Shown: piece after piece, positions 18,921-29,437 of the stretch | Position numbering within the stretch: position 1 is the stretch's first letter | How the letters are laid out: each line of letters begins with the position of its first letter | Virus record (IMG/VR): IMGVR_UViG_3300000117_000016 | Location: 15,779 to 79,778 of that record | Strand: one strand, 5' to 3' | Origin: a virus | Length of the DNA: 64,000 nucleotides | The notes under the pieces: model-generated | Databases searched by the model: none | What the model was told of the DNA's origin: nothing | Seen by the model: only the letters and a program-made list of their open reading frames with translations | Position numbers and translations under genes: made by a program

Positions 18921-21116
18921 CTAAATCAGACATGCGCCGCCAGCACAGCTAATTTCCTCTATCCCTGTGGTATTGTCCTCTGTCTCCAAAAGCTGTGTAT
19001 AATCAACTTTACTGAAGCTGTTAAACAAATCTGTATACCTTTTCCAATTATATACGTCCTTCATACAGTATGTTAAACGCTTTAAATCTTCGTCAAAATA
19101 TTTTTTAGCAAATCTTTGCATCTTAATGGCGAATAACTTCTTATCTTCACTGTCTGTATCAGATGCTTGCTCTAAAGTCATATAGTCACATGCAGCCCAT
19201 AGATTATTATCAAAAGCATTTAGGCCTAACTCAATTAAACCAGAGCACCATAGCGAAGCGTCACCATATTCTTTAGCTATTTCTTTAGGAGTATATACTG
19301 TTGTGAATGGCGCTTGAGGATAATCTTTATCACCGCTTTGTGGTATAAGACTGATACCTGCAAAAAACTTTCTATTATTATAAATAAATTTTGTTACATC
19401 TTCCCACTCTTCAGGTTTTACAGTAACTGTATTACTTACATTATGGCTTAAAAATTCTTGAGTACATAAGGATCTGTTTTTACCTGAATGAACCCAGTTT
19501 TTTTGAGCGTCTTTAACGACACCTAACATTTCTACAGCAGGTAGCTGGTTTTTTAATTTCGACCCATCAGGCACTTCAATAGGGAATTTTACGACTTCAT
19601 CGGTATCATTAGCAGACCATGAAGATTTTTCACAAGCTAACGGGTTATAGCTTTTAAAGTGTAGATATGGAGCTTCTAGAATATTAGCTTGAACATGTCT
19701 AATGTACCTCTTAGCGTGATGAGGATGGATTCCAGAACTTGTTCCAAGCATACTACTGCTTGTACCTTCTGGTTTTAAACACGTTACTCTAGCGGCTTGA
19801 TTGATATTGATTTTTTTAGACAATTCTTTATTAGTATCAACAGCAATTTTTGCTCCTTTCTTCAGCACCTTCTCTGTGAGTACAAGATCATGTTTTTCCA
19901 TAATGCCTGTAAGCGACACTCCAAGAAGTGCTTCACGTTCAAAAATAGCGTTTGTAATATCTCCTAGATATTCTAGGTTAGTAAACCCTGCTTGCAAAGT
20001 ACCAATGATTGCAGCAGCTCTACATCTTTCATAAAAATCTTCTTCGTCTACAACAGATGAGCAGTTAATTGTAGAAAGATTACATCCTTGCCAACCAGAC
20101 TTACCAGTTTTTTCATCTACAGGCCACATACCTACTTCTACACAAGGATTAAAAGTCATTTCCGTAGAGTCACTCCAAATAAAACCTGGCTCACCAAATT
20201 CTTTGACAGAATCCATGAGTGTTTCAAACTGTTCGTATGTAGTCTCGTCTTTTAATAATAGGGCTGAGTTATTACTTCTTGCTCTTTGCGGATTGTCTAC
20301 ATACCAGTTACCAGTTTTAGCTTTTGCCATCTCTTCATCATCTGGACTAAATAACGCTAATGAGGCACTTCTACGAACACCACCAGATAATACAGCATCA
20401 CTGCTGTGCATAATAATATCATAAGCATCGATTGGTCGAAGTTTTTTTTGTTTGTTTTCAAGACATTTCTCCAATAATTCTCTAATTTTTTCTAAACCAT
20501 TTTGTAATGGCTCAAAGCCAGGAGCTTTACCAACACCAGAAGATAGGGTGGACCCTTTTTCTCTGATGCTAGAATAATCAAAAACAATATACTGGTCTTT
20601 ATATTCTTTAAATTTATCATCAGAAGGTTTGGTAAAGTATGAACTAAGTAATACTCCAAGAGCATCTGCCCAGCCTTCAATACTATCTTCTATAACATAT
20701 TTACACCCTTTTTTAGGTTTTTCTTTTTGTGACAGTGATGGCAATTTTGCAACGTGATGTTTTTGTACACTAAATCCTGTACCGCTACCACATAATAATA
20801 GCCAAAAACATTCTTGAAAAAATCTTAAACGATCACAATAAGAACTAGTACAGTTATAGATCTTAGCGTGACGCTTTAGAATAGGTTCTCCACCAAACTG
20901 TAATGCTCTCTGACTACCTAACACCTTCTTCTTGAGCATTAAGTCGTAGGCCCAATTAATGTCTTCTGTGACATTTTCATCATCATAGTGAGTATGCATC
21001 ATGCCTTGCACTCGCTCAACAGCTTCTTTCCAAGTCTCTCTACGATTCTTGTCCTCCAACCATCTAGCGTACTTAGAAACGAAAGTATAGTTTTGAAGTT
21101 CTTGAAGCGCAGACAT
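18921..21116 (-). CDS. nrdJ: Class II (adenosylcobalamin-dependent) ribonucleotide reductase
   Basis: SKYAR...RRETW, YNC, GGVRRSA, NPCVE, CNL, KPEGT, C-terminal CAGGAC. Confidence 0.93.
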   Translation of the reverse strand: MSALQELQNYTFVSKYARWLEDKNRRETWKEAVERVQGMMHTHYDDENVTEDINWAYDLMLKKKVLGSQRALQFGGEPILKRHAKIYNCTSSYCDRLRFFQECFWLLLCGSGTGFSVQKHHVAKLPSLSQKEKPKKGCKYVIEDSIEGWADALGVLLSSYFTKPSDDKFKEYKDQYIVFDYSSIREKGSTLSSGVGKAPGFEPLQNGLEKIRELLEKCLENKQKKLRPIDAYDIIMHSSDAVLSGGVRRSASLALFSPDDEEMAKAKTGNWYVDNPQRARSNNSALLLKDETTYEQFETLMDSVKEFGEPGFIWSDSTEMTFNPCVEVGMWPVDEKTGKSGWQGCNLSTINCSSVVDEEDFYERCRAAAIIGTLQAGFTNLEYLGDITNAIFEREALLGVSLTGIMEKHDLVLTEKVLKKGAKIAVDTNKELSKKININQAARVTCLKPEGTSSSMLGTSSGIHPHHAKRYIRHVQANILEAPYLHFKSYNPLACEKSSWSANDTDEVVKFPIEVPDGSKLKNQLPAVEMLGVVKDAQKNWVHSGKNRSLCTQEFLSHNVSNTVTVKPEEWEDVTKFIYNNRKFFAGISLIPQSGDKDYPQAPFTTVYTPKEIAKEYGDASLWCSGLIELGLNAFDNNLWAACDYMTLEQASDTDSEDKKLFAIKMQRFAKKYFDEDLKRLTYCMKDVYNWKRYTDLFNSFSKVDYTQLLETEDNTTGIEEISCAGGACLI

Positions 21117-21135
21117 ATCTTCTCCTTAAAATAAT

Positions 21136-21210
21136 TCAGAGTACAGCGACGGCGAAAGAAATAACATAAAGGCCATCAGCTGGGTAAGTGTTAATAAAAT
21201 TTACAGTCAT
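21136..21210 (-). CDS. Putative 24-aa leaderless uORF (MTVNFINTYPADGLYVISFAVAVL)
   Basis: Fills the dCMP deaminase-nrdJ gap; its ATG sits at the predicted +1 of the promoter. Confidence 0.4.
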   Translation of the reverse strand: MTVNFINTYPADGLYVISFAVAVL

Positions 21211-21216
21211 GATAGT

Positions 21217-21244
21217 ATTATAGTACACCGGATAGATCTTGCAA
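21217..21244 (-). promoter_or_regulatory. Sigma70-type promoter upstream of nrdJ
   Basis: TTGCAA (21244-21239), 16-nt spacer, TATAAT (21222-21217). Confidence 0.65.
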
Positions 21245-21685
21245 CCACGAAACATTCGGTTTTATTTTTATAATCTCTATCTTACTTTGTTTAACAAAAA
21301 GGTCGAATTTTTTTTGTTCTTTTTCGTTGAATAATTTTGTTCCGTGGCTGTCCCACATTATTACTTTTTTTATTCCTTCTTGGTGTAGGGCGAGAATACA
21401 GTCGTTGCAACACTGACCTGTAATGTATGCAATGCCGTTGTCTGGGCGTACAACACAATTAGACAAAGCATTGCGTTCTGCATGAATCATCCAATCATAT
21501 TTTTCTGGACGAGTTTTTGGTAACGATTCATCATCCATACCTTTAGGAAAACCATTGTATCCAACACCCAGTATTCTGTTGTGCTGATCTGTAATTACAC
21601 AGCCGTGTTGTGTATGAATATCATGACTGCGTTGCGATGCAACTTTTGCAATTCCTAAAAAATAGTCTGTCCAGTTTGGTCTCAT
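21218..21685 (-). CDS. dCMP deaminase
   Basis: RPNWTDYF, RS.D...HGCVI, GYNGFP, HAERNA, CCNDC. Confidence 0.93.
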   Translation of the reverse strand: MRPNWTDYFLGIAKVASQRSHDIHTQHGCVITDQHNRILGVGYNGFPKGMDDESLPKTRPEKYDWMIHAERNALSNCVVRPDNGIAYITGQCCNDCILALHQEGIKKVIMWDSHGTKLFNEKEQKKFDLFVKQSKIEIIKIKPNVSWLQDLSGVL

Positions 21686-21688
21686 CTT

Positions 21689-22648
21689 TTATCCTATGGG
21701 TATCTCAGTTTGGATGTTGGGAAAATCTTTTAAAAACTCTTCAGGGTTGTTGAAGTTATCTTCTAATGGTTGTTCTTTAGATTGCTTAATTGTTACGTGA
21801 TCTATTTCTTCTGGTTTTATTGTTATATTTATGCCATTTTGATCATAGATGTCTTGAAGGTACTGCAGTTTATTTTTCTGTGCGTGTAATGCTTCGTAAT
21901 TTATTATGCACTTAGGTCTGTCAAAGTTGTTATATATTTCAGTAATTTTTTCTTGAGCATTTTTTATTTGATTAAATTTACCTAAATATGCTTCTTTATT
22001 CCACGTAATCTTTAGCTTTTTGCATTCTTCTATTCTGTTCATATTTTTTTCGTTAGTATCAACATACCATATATTATTTAGGTTTCCTTTAACTTCGCTA
22101 ATATGCGTCAATAAAGCACTTTTCCTGTGTGGTACTATTAAAGCATTGCAGTGTTTTAGTACTTTGTTTATGTCTATATTATTGTTAAGTTTGTCTGTTT
22201 CTTCTAAAGCTGTTTGACTTAAGAAAATTTTTACTATTGTATTTTTATTCACAGCTTTGTTTAAAAACTTTAAACTTACTGTATACAATTCTTCGTTAGA
22301 TGGTTCGATAAATCTTTCCATCTCTTCAATAAGTTCCTTCATAGGTTTTGAGTGATATTCACGAACTAAGCCTGATAAATTTCTAAGTAAAAACTGCTGA
22401 TGTGCATCAAGCCATCCTGCATACTTATATATATAATTGCTTTTGTGTGCAGCCATTAATTGTACAATTTTTGTTTTTATGTACATATTCCAGAAAATAT
22501 GATTGAAAAATTCACCCAAACAAAACCATTCTTTAAAATTTGAACGAATTGTTGATAGTATGAAATTTGTACCAACTCTACCACAAGCCGACAGCATAAC
22601 AGCGTTTGTTTTGTTACAGCTTGGAGAAGTGTTCTTTGATTTCATCAA
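21689..22648 (-). CDS. Sulfotransferase-like protein (Stf0-type)
   Basis: GRVGTNFI (5'-PSB loop), LGEFF, HRKS...HIS, INYEAL, KQ. Confidence 0.65.
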   Translation of the reverse strand: MMKSKNTSPSCNKTNAVMLSACGRVGTNFILSTIRSNFKEWFCLGEFFNHIFWNMYIKTKIVQLMAAHKSNYIYKYAGWLDAHQQFLLRNLSGLVREYHSKPMKELIEEMERFIEPSNEELYTVSLKFLNKAVNKNTIVKIFLSQTALEETDKLNNNIDINKVLKHCNALIVPHRKSALLTHISEVKGNLNNIWYVDTNEKNMNRIEECKKLKITWNKEAYLGKFNQIKNAQEKITEIYNNFDRPKCIINYEALHAQKNKLQYLQDIYDQNGINITIKPEEIDHVTIKQSKEQPLEDNFNNPEEFLKDFPNIQTEIPIG

Positions 22649-23465
22649 ATTTACCTTTATTGTTTAGTTTATATAGTCCGTTGCTATCAATTTCCAGATC
22701 TTTAATATTAAAATCATGAGTAAGTATTTTTTCTCTAGAATTATATCCTCTATATTTGTAGTCTCCGTGATATAAATGCTCTATGACACCTTTGCAATAG
22801 CCAACATCTACGCCAGAAGATTTGTCTAGATTTTGATAATAATTTAAAAAATCTTGTATCAAATTATTAGGCATTGCGAATATCTTGTAATTAACAATAT
22901 CACCTAACCAAGCATATAATTGCAAGCCGTCATTACTACCCATAATATGTTTATCATAAAAGCCATTTGGTAAAAGTGATCTGCGACATCCCCAGGATAG
23001 TCCAACAGCCAAGCTGCGTCCTATAGGTTCATTATGATGTATGTAAGAGTGTAGTAGCTTGGCATAAGAAAAGCAGTTGAGATTATGATTAAAATGATTG
23101 TCTAGTTCTACCACTCTTTCAAACGGTTGACCAAAACACTTCTCATCTAATAATTTATCTAATTCTGTAAGCCAATCATCATTATGAAATACTACATCTG
23201 TATCTACCCATACAATCTTATCTACATTGTCAGACAAAGTTTCTAAAGCTATATTGAAACATCTTTCCTTTTGCCATAAAAAATTTTCAGGCTTAGCTAC
23301 AATTTGTATAGCGTCATCTATAAAAAATTGAGATGCGTCTGTAGCTAATTCTACTGTAATTAGATCATGAGCAAAGTTTTTTCTAAATTTCTCATAGTTA
23401 GATTTTCTAACAGGATTATTATTATAATTAAAATATGAGCATATTGCTTTAATCATTGAAGTCAT
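22614..23465 (-). CDS. GT-A glycosyltransferase-like protein (paralog 1 of 3)
   Basis: LWQKERCFN, WVDTD (DxD), HLYHG; homologous to 34446..35291 and 35288..36103. Confidence 0.7.
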   Translation of the reverse strand: MTSMIKAICSYFNYNNNPVRKSNYEKFRKNFAHDLITVELATDASQFFIDDAIQIVAKPENFLWQKERCFNIALETLSDNVDKIVWVDTDVVFHNDDWLTELDKLLDEKCFGQPFERVVELDNHFNHNLNCFSYAKLLHSYIHHNEPIGRSLAVGLSWGCRRSLLPNGFYDKHIMGSNDGLQLYAWLGDIVNYKIFAMPNNLIQDFLNYYQNLDKSSGVDVGYCKGVIEHLYHGDYKYRGYNSREKILTHDFNIKDLEIDSNGLYKLNNKGKFDEIKEHFSKL

Positions 23466-23877
23466 GTTCCTGTATACGTTTTTCTATATCAAGATTAAAT
23501 GCAACCGACTTAACTAAGTTAATATTGAAGTCTCCATCTTCGTTAGAATCACACACATGCGGATTGTATGTAGTAGTCCTAATAAAATTTACGATCATTT
23601 TTAGTAGCCTTTCTTTTTGTTGATGTGCATAGGCTATCTCTTCAAAAAGGAAAGCTAAAAATTTGTGTATGTCTGCTGTTTTGCATGGTAGCATACCCAT
23701 ATTTATACCATAGCAGACCCAATGAAAATACAGTCTTTCTTTTTCTGTCACGCTATGTTCTTTACAATAAGGTTGATAAAATTCAGAAACCTCAGGGTAT
23801 TGTTCTGAGTATGTAACTTCATCAAAAAATTGATTACATTTATTCTTTTTATAAAAATCTTTTAGTGTTATTTCCAT
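23449..23877 (-). CDS. Hypothetical protein with FD..Y...YP...H...YG motif of the type seen in GT-associated repeats
   Basis: FDEVTYSEQYPEV...FHWVCYG. Confidence 0.5.
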   Translation of the reverse strand: MEITLKDFYKKNKCNQFFDEVTYSEQYPEVSEFYQPYCKEHSVTEKERLYFHWVCYGINMGMLPCKTADIHKFLAFLFEEIAYAHQQKERLLKMIVNFIRTTTYNPHVCDSNEDGDFNINLVKSVAFNLDIEKRIQEHDFND

Positions 23878-23880
23878 AAT

Positions 23881-24519
23881 TTAATTTTTGTAAGCAAAAA
23901 ACCTATGAAAAGGACAGTCCATAATACCAATAATTCTATCCATCAATAACTGTTCAGTAATATCTACCAAAACATTATTATCACATACATCGACAACGCC
24001 TTGATATACGTCTTGGTTTCCAGGTATGTCATCAATAACAACTACGGTGTCAGTATGAGCGAATTTTTTACAATCATGGACATCTTGGATTAAATCGTCT
24101 GTACTATGACCCCCATCAATATGAATTAAATCATATTTTTGTGTCGGAATATGTTTTTTTATAGTGGTATGACTATTGCCAGCAGTAAATATGCAGTCAT
24201 AATTCTGTGCTAAATAATCGCAACTACCCTTGGTATAAGGATGGCTAAATAAATCAAAACCTAGTACTTTTAATTTTGGATTAGCGTACAAACACAAGCC
24301 TACAGAATGTCCTCCATTAATTCCTACTTGAACTAAACTTTCAGAAACTCTAGACAAATTGTATAAGTTGTTTCTTAGTGAATACTTCTCTGTATCTAAA
24401 ACAAAATGGCTGGCATGATTGTATAGGCAATTTCCCTCAAAGTCAGGCAAATATGGTTTTACAGATTTATTTAAGTTTTTGACTATTTCAGAATCAAGAA
24501 ATTCGTTGTCATTAAGCAT
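23881..24519 (-). CDS. Class I SAM-dependent methyltransferase (Methyltransf_24-like)
   Basis: QVGINGGHS, GFD, GNS, YDLIHIDGGH, VVIDD. Confidence 0.85.
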   Translation of the reverse strand: MLNDNEFLDSEIVKNLNKSVKPYLPDFEGNCLYNHASHFVLDTEKYSLRNNLYNLSRVSESLVQVGINGGHSVGLCLYANPKLKVLGFDLFSHPYTKGSCDYLAQNYDCIFTAGNSHTTIKKHIPTQKYDLIHIDGGHSTDDLIQDVHDCKKFAHTDTVVVIDDIPGNQDVYQGVVDVCDNNVLVDITEQLLMDRIIGIMDCPFHRFFAYKN

Positions 24520-25267
24520 TAATTATTTCCTTTGCCATTTCTAATCTATATTGATTAATTTGATTGTGTGTGTAACCAAGCCTCTCTGCTCTTTTCCACG
24601 ATGTGCCGTGACCTAAATGATATACTTCCATATTAGGAAAACCTGTTTCTTCCGGATCGTAGTGCCTGCAAATCTTGGTATGATGTCTTGAAATATTAAA
24701 TACTTTCATTATATCAGAAAATGTGTTTTGATGATATACAGCTTCAAGGAAGTCTTGATCCCCAAAACATCTTCTATTTCTTTCTTCATAATGTTTTTTG
24801 CACCAATTAACAATATTATTTTTTTGTTTGATTAAGAATAAAATATATTTTTCCCAACCATGACTGTCTCCAGAGGCAAAGCATGAACAACATTCGTCTC
24901 TCCAATGTACTTTACTACTTATCTTGTGATCAAATCTAAAGCTTTTATTTATTACATCATAATCAGATATAAAAGAAGGCTCTTGTATTGTGTGGAAAGC
25001 AGCTATTTCTCTTTGTGTAGCCAACCAATATCTATGAACTGGATTTTTTTGTTTTAGTCCTGCACCTCCCCTAACTTCTATATGTACTTCTTGCACTAAG
25101 TCCATATATTGATTAAATAGTGATGATTTTTTGGCATCATCAATAGACAAAATGATAGGATCAAAACCTTGCTTTTTCCAGCTCTCTTCCCACACACCTA
25201 GCAAGCTCTCATGCATTTCTTGATCTGGATCATTTAGATTTTCATAATATGTATATATTTTTGTCAT
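24512..25267 (-). CDS. Putative GT-A glycosyltransferase
   Basis: WEESWKKQGF, ISDYDVIN (DxD), GDQDFL. Confidence 0.6.
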   Translation of the reverse strand: MTKIYTYYENLNDPDQEMHESLLGVWEESWKKQGFDPIILSIDDAKKSSLFNQYMDLVQEVHIEVRGGAGLKQKNPVHRYWLATQREIAAFHTIQEPSFISDYDVINKSFRFDHKISSKVHWRDECCSCFASGDSHGWEKYILFLIKQKNNIVNWCKKHYEERNRRCFGDQDFLEAVYHQNTFSDIMKVFNISRHHTKICRHYDPEETGFPNMEVYHLGHGTSWKRAERLGYTHNQINQYRLEMAKEIINA

Positions 25268-26457
25268 AGCGTATTGATTTCACAAGGGACATCAAAAATT
25301 TTACTAATCCAATAAACAAAACCAGACCCCCAATCATACACACTGTAAGATATATTGCTTTTGCTTTCAGAAAGAATCTTTACATCTAAAGCTGTGTGTA
25401 ATAATTTTTCATCTTCTATGTCTTGATTTTGAAAATCAGTAAAAGTAAGGGTAGAAGGAGCATAGGATGTATGAGTGCTCTTTTCGTGTATAATGTGTAT
25501 CTTTTTGCTCTTGTTGACCTTCTTAAAGTATGCTTTTAAATCATTGCAGTCCGACATAATGATTAGATTTTTACACTTACTATCTTTCAAATATTTTTTT
25601 GCCATTTTGTAGTATTCACTATAGTCATGATCAAAAGATTTGTAATTAGGATTTTCTTTAATATACTCTGGCAAATCAGATATTTGCTCGTCTAAGTGAG
25701 ATACGCTTTTTCTGTCGCCTAGCCTAAAGTGTAAAACATGATAGTCTTTTATATTAAGTGTTTGATAAAGATTTTCTACATCTTTATGAAAGTAAATATG
25801 AAATTTAAAATATCTTTTGCATTTATCTGTTAGGTCGTAGTTTTGTAAGAAACATCTAGCATTTCTGTCATAGTGCGGCACAATTAGAACATCATGATAA
25901 AATGAAGATATTGCTAGATCTTTTGAACTACTTATGGTCTCGTTAAGTATCTTTTTCATGTGCATAGACCAATTTTGGGAACCTCTATTGGATTCTGCTT
26001 CTACTTCTAAATCTATGGGCTCTGATTGCGTTTCAGGGGCTGTGGTTAAAATAAACTTACCGATAGGGTGCTGTTTAAAATCAAGGGTTACAGAGGTTTG
26101 TGTGTGATGACACAAGTTTTCAAATAGATGGACAGAACCTCTGAGAAAATCCCCTATACCACCACTAAATCTCTTGGTGTAGCAATTAGTTACACTTTTT
26201 AAATTTGATACATTTACAGGATATATACTAGACAGCTCAAAATGAGATAAGTCATAATCATCTCTATATAGTTGTAAAATAAAATTATACAAGATATCCA
26301 TATGGTGTCTTTGTGTAATCACCAATATGGATTTTACCAACCATTCATCTAACTGAGACTTATCTTTGCAATAGTCATACTGTAAAAAGTATTCAGCAAA
26401 AGATACTAGGTCTCCAGTATTAACAAAGTCATGAAGTATCTCTTTAGGTTCGGTCAT
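25264..26457 (-). CDS. Fucosyltransferase-like glycosyltransferase (GT11/GT23/O-FucT fold)
   Basis: GGIGDFLRG, LHFRLGD, IMSDC, LDVKILS, SGF. Confidence 0.7.
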   Translation of the reverse strand: MTEPKEILHDFVNTGDLVSFAEYFLQYDYCKDKSQLDEWLVKSILVITQRHHMDILYNFILQLYRDDYDLSHFELSSIYPVNVSNLKSVTNCYTKRFSGGIGDFLRGSVHLFENLCHHTQTSVTLDFKQHPIGKFILTTAPETQSEPIDLEVEAESNRGSQNWSMHMKKILNETISSSKDLAISSFYHDVLIVPHYDRNARCFLQNYDLTDKCKRYFKFHIYFHKDVENLYQTLNIKDYHVLHFRLGDRKSVSHLDEQISDLPEYIKENPNYKSFDHDYSEYYKMAKKYLKDSKCKNLIIMSDCNDLKAYFKKVNKSKKIHIIHEKSTHTSYAPSTLTFTDFQNQDIEDEKLLHTALDVKILSESKSNISYSVYDWGSGFVYWISKIFDVPCEINTL

Positions 26458-27418
26458 TTTGTTCCTGTATCCATTTATATGTCTTCTCTAATCCATTATA
26501 AAGTGTCATAGAGGGCTGCCAACCTAATTCTTTTTGTAAAAGTCTATTATCAGAATTTCTACCATTAACGCCTACAGGACCGTCTATATTTTTATACTTA
26601 ACGTTTTTACCAGAAAGTTTGATAATCATTTCTGCAAACTGATTGATGCTCACCATTTCTTCACTGCCAATGTTAACTGGCCCAGTAAAGTTTGATCGTG
26701 TTAATCTTAATGTACCTTCTATACATTCATCAATATATAGGAATGATCGTGTTTGATTACCTGTTCCCCAAATTTCAATAGTACCACCTTCTTCTGCCCT
26801 AATAACTTTTCTACACAATGCAGCAGGAGCTTTCTCTCTACCTCCATCCCAAGTGCCTTCTGGACCAAATATATTATGATACCTAGCTATGCTTACGTCT
26901 AATCCATGATTTCTTTGTAATGCTAAATAAAATCTTTCACTAAATAGTTTTTCCCATCCATATTCACTATCTGGTGCGGCTGGATATGCAGAATCTTCGC
27001 TACATTTTGGGTTGTCTGGATCTTCTTGATTATATGCTGGATACATGCAGGCACTACTGCTATAGAATAGTTTACCTATTTTTTTGTTGACAGCTATTGA
27101 GCCTATGTTAAGATTAATTTGTGCAGAATTATGCATGATACCCGCATCGTTCTCTCCAGTGAAAATATATCCTGCTCCACCCATATCTGCTGCTAGTTGA
27201 TAAACTTCGTCAAACACTTCTCCATTAGGTAAAGACATTACTCTTTCAGCATTTCTAAAATTACACAAATCTCCTAATGCAAAATCATCAGCTTCTGTTG
27301 TAGAGAAATCTGGTATCTTTAAATCTGCACCTCTTACCCAATATCCATCTGCCTTTAATCTTTTAACAAGGTGCGACCCTATGAATCCACCGGCTCCACA
27401 CACTAATGCTGTTTTCAT
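26444..27418 (-). CDS. GDP-mannose 3,5-epimerase-like NAD-dependent epimerase
   Basis: GAGGFIG, LAADMGGAGYI, SSACMYP, YGWEK, RYHNIFGP, GGREKAPAALCRK, GRNSDN. Confidence 0.9.
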   Translation of the reverse strand: MKTALVCGAGGFIGSHLVKRLKADGYWVRGADLKIPDFSTTEADDFALGDLCNFRNAERVMSLPNGEVFDEVYQLAADMGGAGYIFTGENDAGIMHNSAQINLNIGSIAVNKKIGKLFYSSSACMYPAYNQEDPDNPKCSEDSAYPAAPDSEYGWEKLFSERFYLALQRNHGLDVSIARYHNIFGPEGTWDGGREKAPAALCRKVIRAEEGGTIEIWGTGNQTRSFLYIDECIEGTLRLTRSNFTGPVNIGSEEMVSINQFAEMIIKLSGKNVKYKNIDGPVGVNGRNSDNRLLQKELGWQPSMTLYNGLEKTYKWIQEQNDRT

Positions 27419-27457
27419 TTTTATTTACTTTCTATAGCTTGTTATATTTTCTGTTAT

Positions 27458-27844
27458 TTAGTTAAAAATATTAATTATTTCAGGCCAGTTATTTTCAAAA
27501 CGAATAGCTTTATCATCAATATACGCCATAGCTCTAGGCTTTTCACTTGTTACATATTTTATATATTTGAGTATTCCGTATTTGTCAAGCCATTCCTCTA
27601 CTAATTCTTTGCCTGTTTTATTATTTACTAAGGGTCTGTCTGGTTTAGCTTTAGCTGTAAATATAACTATATCATAGTGTTTTGACAAAGTTTTTATAGC
27701 TTCAATTGATCCTTCTATCGGATCGTCATATATTGTCCCATCGTGGAAGCCTTTAGAATTTTTGTGTATTACATCATCAAAATCAATAGCTATTTGTTTT
27801 GAATGATCTTCTATTGCAAGCTTCTCGTATTCTTTTTTATTCAT
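27458..27844 (-). CDS. HAD-superfamily phosphatase
   Basis: IDFDDVI, FTA, KP, YIDDKA. Confidence 0.85.
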   Translation of the reverse strand: MNKKEYEKLAIEDHSKQIAIDFDDVIHKNSKGFHDGTIYDDPIEGSIEAIKTLSKHYDIVIFTAKAKPDRPLVNNKTGKELVEEWLDKYGILKYIKYVTSEKPRAMAYIDDKAIRFENNWPEIINIFN

Positions 27845-28496
27845 CTAAATTCCTTATGTCAAAATAAGAATCTTTACTTTTACTAAAACATAAATCTATA
27901 TTATTATAAATTTTGTAAGCGCATTCTTCAGGGGTTGGTAGTTTTGGATACATGTCTTGAAACTTTTTAACGGAAGGCACTTGTTTAAAATCTATTGTCT
28001 TTATATAGTCTTGCATTTTGGTTTTTATAACACCAGGAGCCAAAGATAAAAACTCAATATCTGTACACTCTTGGTTATAACACGAAAGCATTTGCTTAAA
28101 GGCAGCTTTACTAGAACAATACAAAGACCAACCAAAATATGTTTTTATGGCAGCACCTGACGATATGCCTATCACTTTTTTAGCTTTGTTATTTTGTATT
28201 AAGTAATCAATAATAATTTTGTTTGACCATACATTAACATCAAATATTTTTTTATATTCCTTAATGTCTATTTCATTAATTTTTTTAAGATCACCTAACA
28301 TACCAGCATTTAAAAAAACATATTCAAAATGATCGATATTTTTGCACACTGTTTTGACATAGGAACTGACTTGAGACAGGTCACTCAGGTCACAGTCTTT
28401 TCTATTGATAGTGTATACAGAATGGTTGTTTGAATATATTTTATATAGTGATTTTCCGAGTCCGGACGTAGTACCTGTGATAAGTATTTTTTTCAT
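27837..28496 (-). CDS. Short-chain dehydrogenase/reductase
   Basis: TGTTSGLG, LNAG, SSGAA, YCSSK, PGVIKT. Confidence 0.9.
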   Translation of the reverse strand: MKKILITGTTSGLGKSLYKIYSNNHSVYTINRKDCDLSDLSQVSSYVKTVCKNIDHFEYVFLNAGMLGDLKKINEIDIKEYKKIFDVNVWSNKIIIDYLIQNNKAKKVIGISSGAAIKTYFGWSLYCSSKAAFKQMLSCYNQECTDIEFLSLAPGVIKTKMQDYIKTIDFKQVPSVKKFQDMYPKLPTPEECAYKIYNNIDLCFSKSKDSYFDIRNLDE

Positions 28497-29437
28497 ACTT
28501 TAAAAACCTCAGGGTTAAAATTGTCTTTATCATGTCCTGTAATTTGTGAGCATATAGTATCAAATTTGTCTATAGATAAATTCAATTCATTGGCTGTTTT
28601 AGCATAGTTATCTGTTAGTCCGTAGGAAGAAGTGATAAGTTCATGTACTAAAGGTTGGATACTTAATATATTTTTATGTCTAAATATTAAGTCAGATAAT
28701 TTGGATATGTCAGACTTCTGTATTATATGCTCAAGTTTAAGGTTACCAGAACCTTTGCCCATTCCACGCACTGATGTGTCTGTGCTATCTATTTTGTTTT
28801 TTAATAATTCTTTATAGTTTGTAACAGCTAGTCCCATATGATCGTGTAAATGGAATCCCACCTTTTTGCCTCTAGATTTTAATACATCAAATGCTGGCGT
28901 AAATCTTGATAAATCTTTGGTTAAATCTAATGACCCATGAGTATCAGCAAAATATACATAATCAAATGGGAAGTCTATAACTTTGTGGGCTACTTCAATT
29001 GCTTCTTCTTGAGTATAGTTTGACGCATTAAAAACATTAAAGCTAATATTAATTTTACAAAACTCTTTTAGAGCTTTACCAAACGACAGGGCGTTACAGA
29101 TATCTTCTTTTCTAGAACACAATCTGATCATAGATATTTCTGATTGATTTACGCTAGGATATTTTTTAACATCATGGCTACAATAATGATAATCTATCAT
29201 TACGGAAATGTTATTCTTGTTTTGTTTTTGTGATACTTCACAGACCTTGTCGTAGTCTAGATTATAGAAAAAATTTTTACTTTTTGAAGTTTGTCCCCAA
29301 TATCCTAATTCAATTGTTTTTACTTGAGTTAAGCTGCACATCAAATTGTAGTATTCTCTAGCAAATTCTATAGGCCAATCGAAATCTACAGCATGACCAC
29401 CATCTCGTAATGTAACATCTATAATATCAATCACCAT
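28493..29437 (-). CDS. DRE-TIM (HMGL-like) pyruvate aldolase, 4-hydroxy-2-oxovalerate-aldolase-like
   Basis: DVTLRDGG, IELGY, ADTHG, GFHLHDHMGLA, GMGKGSGN. Confidence 0.88.
   Translation of the reverse strand: MVIDIIDVTLRDGGHAVDFDWPIEFAREYYNLMCSLTQVKTIELGYWGQTSKSKNFFYNLDYDKVCEVSQKQNKNNISVMIDYHYCSHDVKKYPSVNQSEISMIRLCSRKEDICNALSFGKALKEFCKINISFNVFNASNYTQEEAIEVAHKVIDFPFDYVYFADTHGSLDLTKDLSRFTPAFDVLKSRGKKVGFHLHDHMGLAVTNYKELLKNKIDSTDTSVRGMGKGSGNLKLEHIIQKSDISKLSDLIFRHKNILSIQPLVHELITSSYGLTDNYAKTANELNLSIDKFDTICSQITGHDKDNFNPEVFKV

Noticed and set aside
21117-21217. Cobalamin riboswitch or NrdR box upstream of nrdJ
   Set aside because: The region is short, and I could not recognise a B12 box or a convincing NrdR palindrome
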